DNA of 51,845 nucleotides from Azospirillum sp. CAG:239. GTDB lineage: Bacteria > Bacillota_I > Bacilli_A > RFN20 > CAG-449. Of the stretch, positions 1-5,042 are shown in pieces. The translations under genes and the position numbers were made by a program. Each line of letters starts with the position of its first letter. Positions within the stretch are counted from its first letter, which is position 1. The stretch spans positions 1 to 51,845 of the forward strand of contig CAVJWU010000004.1 of the NCBI GenBank assembly GCA_963653535.1, given 5' to 3'. The notes below the pieces were generated by a model. The model made no database searches. It was not told the DNA's origin and saw nothing but the letters and a program-made list of their open reading frames with translations.

Positions 1-40
1 TAGGATAGAAGAAAGATTGTTACAAACTAATATTAGATAA

Positions 41-74
41 AAAGACCTAGATTATTAATTTAATCTAGGCCTTT
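41..74. terminator. Hairpin terminator downstream of mntP, possibly bidirectional
   Basis: Inverted repeat AAAGACCTAGATTA / TAATCTAGGCCTTT (one mismatch) around a 6-nt loop. An A-run lies on the left and a T-run on the right. Confidence 0.6.
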
Positions 75-117
75 TAGTATGTACTTAAAGTTAATTTATC
101 ATCTTTTTAATTTATGA

Positions 118-783
118 TTAAAAATGAAATAGAGCTTGTAAACCAGAAATTACATCGCTGAAGTTAGTGAAATAAATTTCTAAACCAATCGCAATAAGAA
201 TAATTCCTCCTGCGATAGTTGCTTTATTTGAAAAGATTGTACCAAATTTTTTACCGATGAATACTGCCGCGACACTAATTGCGAATGTAACAACACCGAC
301 AATTGCGAAAGTTAAATAAGCATCTAATGGAGTTCTTTCGCCATAGATTATACCTACGCTTAAAGCGTCAATACTAGTTGCGATCGCTTGAATAAATAAA
401 GTTTTAAGCGTTAATTCTTTTTTAGATTCTTCTTCATTTTGACCTTCTTCTTTGTTATTTTTAGTTTCTTTTCCTTCTTTAACTCCTTCAATAATCATCT
501 TAATACCTAAAAAAGAAAGAATGATTAATGCAATCCAAGGAACTAAGTATGAGAATACTTTAGAGAAATTTTCTCCTAAAAAAGAATTAAAGACTGTGAC
601 AGCAAGATAACCTAATACAGGCATTAATATTTGGAATACTCCAAAGAATGATGCGATTAAGAATATCTTTCTTAATTTCATTTTTGGTTCAGCTAAACCA
701 TTTGCCATTGATACTGCGCAAGCATCCATCGCTAGTCCTGCTCCTAAACCAATCGCAGTAATAATAAATAAAAACACTTCCAT
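118..783 (-). CDS. mntP: Manganese efflux pump MntP (DUF204 family), with an acidic/lysine-rich central loop
   Basis: The N-terminus GLGAGLAMDACAVSMANG and the internally duplicated half (SIDALSVG) are typical of MntP. A GGGGA SD lies upstream of the ATG at 783, and a Mn riboswitch sits immediately upstream. Confidence 0.85.
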   Translation of the reverse strand: MEVFLFIITAIGLGAGLAMDACAVSMANGLAEPKMKLRKIFLIASFFGVFQILMPVLGYLAVTVFNSFLGENFSKVFSYLVPWIALIILSFLGIKMIIEGVKEGKETKNNKEEGQNEEESKKELTLKTLFIQAIATSIDALSVGIIYGERTPLDAYLTFAIVGVVTFAISVAAVFIGKKFGTIFSNKATIAGGIILIAIGLEIYFTNFSDVISGLQALFHF

Positions 784-811
784 TTGATGATCCCCTTATC
801 TAAATGTTTCC

Positions 812-931
812 AAAAATAAAGACTCATGTAAAAAACAATAAGTCTTTTACATAAGTCTCGTTAATTAAGATTGAACCTGAGTTTCCTCAGTATGTAGGCC
901 AATCGCTCGAATGAGCTAACTACTCTCTTAT
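812..931 (-). promoter_or_regulatory. yybP-ykoY (Mn2+) riboswitch: aptamer about 851-931 plus terminator expression platform about 812-858
   Basis: Minus strand reads ATAAG-AGAGUAG-UUAGCUCAUUCGAGCGAUU-GGCCUACAUAC-UGAGGAAACUCA-GGUUCAAUCUUAAUUAACGAGAC-UUAU. P1 is ATAAG/CUUAU. The conserved GAGUAG and ACAUA/GAGAC blocks are present, with two hairpins (GCUC-AUUC-GAGC and UGAG-GAAA-CUCA). A stem (AAAGACU...AGUCUUU) plus AUUUUU follows. The element sits in front of mntP, its classic target. Confidence 0.7.
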
Positions 932-940
932 ATGGAAAGA

Positions 941-969
941 ATTATAACAATAGTTTTTTATTCTTTCAA
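941..969 (-). promoter_or_regulatory. Sigma-A type promoter for the riboswitch-mntP transcript
   Basis: Minus strand has TTGAAA, a 17-nt spacer, then TATAAT preceded by TGT (extended -10). The predicted TSS is a few nt before riboswitch P1. Confidence 0.65.
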
Positions 970-1023
970 TAATTATTTTTTTAAATGTGTTATATAATTA
1001 TATTGCTAGTTTTTAGGAGATAT

Positions 1024-1560
1024 ATGTTAAAAGAAATTAGAAAAGAAAATAAATTAATATATTTAGATTCAATCAATATTGAAATAAGTGATTTATCTAT
1101 ATATGAATATGAAGACTTAGTTTATATTGATTCTTTTTCTTGTGATTTATATTACTTTAAAGAAGTTATTAATAATTTAAAAAATAAATATAACGATAAA
1201 CCAATATTTTTTAAAGCACCAGATATTAATTATGTTAATAAAGATAGTGAACAATATAATATTAATCTAAATTATCTTTATTTATTAAAAAATAATGGTT
1301 TTAATGATTCTAATTACTTTTTACTAATAGAAAATAAAGAAATTAAACTATTATCAAATAATAGTATTTTTCCTACATCTTTAGAATTATGTCTTAGAAA
1401 AATATATAAAAATAATGTACTTTTAAAGGCTTCTAATAGCCTTTCTAATATAGTATCAAACAAGCATTTAACCGGTGAAGATATCGATATGCTACATGAA
1501 AATAATGAAAGTCATATGAAAGAAAAATCTTTATGCGATACTCATTGGGATGGTGCCTAA
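1024..1560 (+). CDS. Hypothetical protein, Asn/Lys/Tyr-rich, no recognised domain
   Basis: The ORF has an AGGAGA SD 5 nt upstream of the ATG at 1024. The ORF-track start at 985 lies inside a TGTTATATAAT promoter-like element (TATAAT at 993-998), so the shorter start is preferred. Confidence 0.55.
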   Translation: MLKEIRKENKLIYLDSINIEISDLSIYEYEDLVYIDSFSCDLYYFKEVINNLKNKYNDKPIFFKAPDINYVNKDSEQYNINLNYLYLLKNNGFNDSNYFLLIENKEIKLLSNNSIFPTSLELCLRKIYKNNVLLKASNSLSNIVSNKHLTGEDIDMLHENNESHMKEKSLCDTHWDGA

Positions 1561-1736
1561 ATCACATTTCGAAAAAATCGGCTCTTGTATACAAGATATT
1601 TTAATTTTTATAAAAAAAAGATTGAATTATTTTTAATTTGTGATAATGAATAACCGATTTTTTAGGCGAATGAGATTTAAATAATAAAAATAATGAACAA
1701 ATTTAAAATTTTTGTTTTATTTAAGGTACAAGCAAA

Positions 1737-1750
1737 TGAAATCGCTTACA
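1737..1750 (+). promoter_or_regulatory. Catabolite-responsive element (cre, CcpA/HPr-Ser-P operator) overlapping the -35 region of the glucan locus promoter
   Basis: TGAAATCGCTTACA matches the cre consensus TGWAANCGNTNWCA at every defined position. Confidence 0.6.
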
Positions 1751-1765
1751 TTTAAATAATTAAAT

Positions 1766-1774
1766 GTTATAATA
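1766..1774 (+). promoter_or_regulatory. Extended -10 promoter element (TGTTATAAT) for the maltodextrin/starch locus
   Basis: TGnTATAAT lies 55 nt upstream of the ATG at 1829. A GGAGG SD is at 1817-1821. Confidence 0.55.
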
Positions 1775-1828
1775 CTTATTGCAGAAAGAAAAAAAGCGCT
1801 TAGTGCGTAATTTTATGGAGGCGAAATT

Positions 1829-2938
1829 ATGGCAGAAGAAAAAAATCCATCAGTTGAAGATGAAGCTTATGTAAGTCTAAAACATATCGACAAAATTTAT
1901 GATAACAACGTGCAAGCGGTCTTCGATTTCAACTTAGATATCAAGAAACATGAATTCATTGTTTTCGTTGGTCCATCTGGATGTGGTAAATCGACAACAT
2001 TAAGAATGATTGCAGGTCTAGAAGATATCACAAAAGGTGAATTGTACATCGATCATGAATTATGTAACGATAAGACACCTAAGGATAGAGATATCGCGAT
2101 GGTTTTCCAAAGTTATGCATTGTATCCACATATGTCAGTTTATGACAATATGGCATTCGGTTTAAAGATTAAGAGAATGCCAAAATACGAAATTGATAAG
2201 CGTGTACATGAAGCGGCAAGAATATTACAAATTGAAGAATATCTTGATAGAAAGCCAAAAGCATTATCAGGTGGTCAACGTCAAAGAGTTGCTTTAGGTA
2301 GAGCGATTGTTAGAAACGCAAAAGTATTTTTAATGGATGAACCTTTATCTAACCTCGATGCTAAATTAAGAGTTCAAATGAGATCTGAAATCATTAAACT
2401 CCATGAAACATTAAACGCAACAACAATTTATGTTACCCACGACCAAATCGAAGCTATGACAATGGCAAGTAGAATCGTTGTTATGAAATTAGGTAGAGTA
2501 CAACAAATTGGTACACCTATTGAAATCTATAATCATCCTGCAAACTTATTCGTCGCTGGTTTTATCGGTAGCCCTGCAATGAACTTCGTTAGATGTAGCT
2601 TTGATGAAAAAGAAGGTAAAGCACATTTTACAGATGGACATGAAATTGATGTACCTGCTTCTTTATATAAAGGTAAAGGCGTACCAAGTGATGTGATCTT
2701 AGGTATTAGACCAGAAAATATTGTTGAAGCTGATAGCGAAGGTGAATTTGAGATCACTGTTGATGTCGCTGAATTATTAGGTAATGAATACTATATTCAC
2801 TTCAATTTCGGTGGAGCTAGCTTAGTTAGTAAATTCCCTGCAACTAGAATTATCGCTGCAGGTGAAAAATTAAAAGTTAATTTCAAGAAAGAAAAAATAC
2901 ATTTCTTTGATCCTATAACAGAGAAAGCAATTTATTAA
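1829..2938 (+). CDS. Sugar ABC transporter ATP-binding protein, MalK/MsmK/MsmX type with C-terminal regulatory (TOBE-like) domain
   Basis: Motifs present: Walker A GPSGCGKST, Q-loop, signature LSGGQRQR, Walker B FLMDEPLSNLD and H-loop THD. Length (369 aa) and the C-terminal half are typical of MalK-family ATPases. Confidence 0.9.
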   Translation: MAEEKNPSVEDEAYVSLKHIDKIYDNNVQAVFDFNLDIKKHEFIVFVGPSGCGKSTTLRMIAGLEDITKGELYIDHELCNDKTPKDRDIAMVFQSYALYPHMSVYDNMAFGLKIKRMPKYEIDKRVHEAARILQIEEYLDRKPKALSGGQRQRVALGRAIVRNAKVFLMDEPLSNLDAKLRVQMRSEIIKLHETLNATTIYVTHDQIEAMTMASRIVVMKLGRVQQIGTPIEIYNHPANLFVAGFIGSPAMNFVRCSFDEKEGKAHFTDGHEIDVPASLYKGKGVPSDVILGIRPENIVEADSEGEFEITVDVAELLGNEYYIHFNFGGASLVSKFPATRIIAAGEKLKVNFKKEKIHFFDPITEKAIY

Positions 2939-3011
2939 TAAGTAGGTAGATTAAATAGGTATTTATAGCTGTTCGCTATTTATATAGATTAACTATAATT
3001 AGGAGGTATAT

Positions 3012-3623
3012 ATGGTTAATAAAATTACAAAATTACTCTTACTACCATTATGTGCTGCAGCAGTCTTAGGCGCAGCTGTTGGTTGTGGAGGCACATCATC
3101 TTCAGAACCTGAATTTGATGTAAATTCTAATCCTACAGTAGAAGGATTCGATATGTGGGTTGTTGGTTCTGCTTGGGCAAGTTGGGAGCCAAAAAATGTT
3201 AATGATTCTTTAAAATTTTCAAAATCAAGTGGTTCAGCAGCATTAACTTATACAGTTACTATTACTAACGCAGCTGATGAAGCATACTGGGGATTTAAAT
3301 TTATTGGACAAAAAAGTTGGAGTCCAAGCCAATACGGTATGGAAGATATTGACTATGAAAATTGTAATGAAGCATTTAAAACTTTAGTAAAAGACTATTA
3401 TGATGTTAAAAATTACACAGAATATAAAGCTAAATGGCATGAAGGAACAAGCAATAGAAGTAATGTTCAATTTGGTGAAAATAAAGATGCTAGTGGCGCA
3501 TTTACACATTTAGGCGCAGGTACATATAAAATTACTTATAACCCTGCAAACTTTGATTCAATTGATGAAAATGACACTACTTATTCACATAAATTTGTAG
3601 TTGAATTTACAAAAGCAGCATAA
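3012..3623 (+). CDS. Small lipoprotein of unknown function, possibly a carbohydrate-binding-module-like surface protein
   Basis: Signal peptide with lipobox AVGC|GG and a strong AGGAGG SD. The mature part has Trp/aromatic motifs (MWVVGSAWASWEP; YWGFKFIGQKSWSPSQYG) reminiscent of beta-sandwich glycan-binding modules. The gene sits inside the alpha-glucan locus. Confidence 0.6.
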   Translation: MVNKITKLLLLPLCAAAVLGAAVGCGGTSSSEPEFDVNSNPTVEGFDMWVVGSAWASWEPKNVNDSLKFSKSSGSAALTYTVTITNAADEAYWGFKFIGQKSWSPSQYGMEDIDYENCNEAFKTLVKDYYDVKNYTEYKAKWHEGTSNRSNVQFGENKDASGAFTHLGAGTYKITYNPANFDSIDENDTTYSHKFVVEFTKAA

Positions 3624-3640
3624 TATAAGGAGAATTAAAT

Positions 3641-4966
3641 ATGAAAAAAGCATTAAGATTAAGCGTATTAGCAGCTAGTTTATTATTATCTGCTGGCGCA
3701 TTAGTTGGTTGTGGTGGAACATCTTCATATACACCTGATACAAATTTCGAAAAAACAGAAATTACTGTTTGGGCAACTGCAGCAGAAGAAGATGTTATTA
3801 ATACAGTTGTTAAAGAATATAATGATAAACAAACAGATGAAAAACAAAAATTTAAAGTTGATTTCAAAGCAGTTGCTGAATCTGATGCAGGTACAACACT
3901 TGCAAAAGACCCACAAGTTAGCGGAGCTCCAGCATTATTCTTATGCGCAGATGACCACATTGCTTCATTAACTGAAAAGAACATTGTTGCAGAAATTAAA
4001 GGTTCACGTAAAGACAATGTTGTAAATAATAACACTACAGTTGCAGTTAATGGTGCAACTAGCGCAGATGGCAAATTATATGGTTATCCTGTAACATCAG
4101 ATAATGGTTATTTCTTATGGTATAACAAAGGTTTTGCTGGTATTGATAATGTTGTTACATCTTTAGAAGGTTTATTAAAATTAGCTAAAGACAATGGTAA
4201 AAAAGTTTTAATGGATGTCGCTAACGGTTGGTATGCAAACTCATTCATTATGTCTCCAGAAGCATGTGGCGTTAATTCATTATATTGGTCAAAGAATGCA
4301 GATGGTAAGAATGTTTATACTACTACATGGGATAATGAAGTAGGTGTTAAAGTTTCTACATATATCGGCGGATTATTAAAACCATATTATGATGATGGTA
4401 CATTAATAACTGGTAGTAATGATGATATTGTTTCTGGCTTCAAAGATGGTAAATTAATTGCAGCAGTTTCAGGTACATGGATGGAAGCTTTAATTAGAGA
4501 TACTGCAGGTTTAGGAACAAATACAGCAGCAACAATTTTACCAAAATATCATATTGATGGTAAGGCATATCAAATGGCATCATTTATTGGTTCAAAGGTC
4601 TATTGTATCAATAAGACTCAATCAGTTGGCGCTCAAAAAACAGCTGCTGCTTTAGCGGAATTATTAACAAGTAAAGATGCTCAATTAACAAGATTTGAAA
4701 AGAGAGCTACATTACCATGTAATAATGAAGCTATTAAAGATGCAAGATATACAGAACATACAACTATTGGCGGCGCAGCATTAACTGCTCAAGCTGAATT
4801 TGGTTGTGTTCAATCAAAGACTGCAGAAGATAGATACTGGGATAAAGGAAAAGCTATTGGACAAGCTTATCTAGATGGCAAGTTAGGAAAAGATTCAAAT
4901 GAAAATCCTCATACTTGGACAACATTCTTAAAAGCTACAATGGACATTTTAAGAAATCCTGAATAA
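3641..4966 (+). CDS. Maltodextrin/maltose-type extracellular solute-binding lipoprotein (ABC transporter, family 1 SBP)
   Basis: Lipobox LVGC|GG. Length (441 aa) and sequence pattern (ITVWATAAEE...; GYPVTSDNGYFLWYNK; VSGTWM) fit MalE/MdxE/CycB-type binding proteins. The gene lies upstream of the malF/malG-like permeases. Confidence 0.8.
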   Translation: MKKALRLSVLAASLLLSAGALVGCGGTSSYTPDTNFEKTEITVWATAAEEDVINTVVKEYNDKQTDEKQKFKVDFKAVAESDAGTTLAKDPQVSGAPALFLCADDHIASLTEKNIVAEIKGSRKDNVVNNNTTVAVNGATSADGKLYGYPVTSDNGYFLWYNKGFAGIDNVVTSLEGLLKLAKDNGKKVLMDVANGWYANSFIMSPEACGVNSLYWSKNADGKNVYTTTWDNEVGVKVSTYIGGLLKPYYDDGTLITGSNDDIVSGFKDGKLIAAVSGTWMEALIRDTAGLGTNTAATILPKYHIDGKAYQMASFIGSKVYCINKTQSVGAQKTAAALAELLTSKDAQLTRFEKRATLPCNNEAIKDARYTEHTTIGGAALTAQAEFGCVQSKTAEDRYWDKGKAIGQAYLDGKLGKDSNENPHTWTTFLKATMDILRNPE

Positions 4967-4984
4967 TAAAAAAATCTAAAACTT

Positions 4985-5023
4985 ATTAGGAGGGAGGATA
5001 ACCTCCTTCCTAATTTCTTATTT
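4985..5023 (+). terminator. Strong intercistronic hairpin plus T-rich tract between the binding-protein and permease genes (partial terminator or mRNA stabiliser)
   Basis: TTAGGAGGGAGG-ATAA-CCTCCTTCCTAA forms a 12-bp stem with one mismatch, followed by TTTCTTATTT. It lies 19 nt after the stop codon and before the SD of the next gene. Confidence 0.6.
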
Positions 5024-5042
5024 ATATTAAGGAGATATTCAT

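Noticed and set aside
1-30. Similarity between the first bases (TAGGATAGAAGAAAGA) and the last bases (TAATAGAAAGAAGAA) of the window, considered as repeat or circular-junction evidence.
   Set aside because: It is short, purine-rich and imperfect, which is compatible with chance.
985-1023. Longer N-terminal extensions in the ORF track: 985 for the orphan gene, 15913 for the RDD gene, 18350 for gdpP, 22217 for the MBL hydrolase, 35431 for prmC, 36353 for tsaC, 42092 for prfB and 50085 for the ATP-grasp gene.
   Set aside because: In each case a downstream ATG is preceded by a properly spaced GGAGG-like SD, or by a promoter for the leaderless candidate. The extension also overlaps the upstream gene or promoter sequence.
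1572-1663. 10-bp inverted repeat AAAAAATCGG ... CCGATTTTTT separated by 72 bp. I considered it as MITE ends or a long-range RNA stem.
   Set aside because: The arms are mostly homopolymeric A/T and short. I saw no target-site duplication or second copy in the window, and chance occurrence in AT-rich DNA is plausible.
2533-2757. 74-aa ORF antisense to the MalK-type ATPase gene.
   Set aside because: It lies wholly inside a well-supported CDS on the opposite strand. It has no SD and a low-complexity translation, so it is a typical shadow ORF.
3607-4074. Three ORFs overlapping the start of the MalE-like gene: a 155-aa antisense ORF, an 88-aa alternate-frame same-strand ORF (3705-3971) and a 63-aa antisense ORF (3725-3916).
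   Set aside because: They overlap a confidently called binding-protein gene. None has a ribosome-binding site or recognisable motifs, and they arise from the Ala/Ser-rich codon composition of the real frame.
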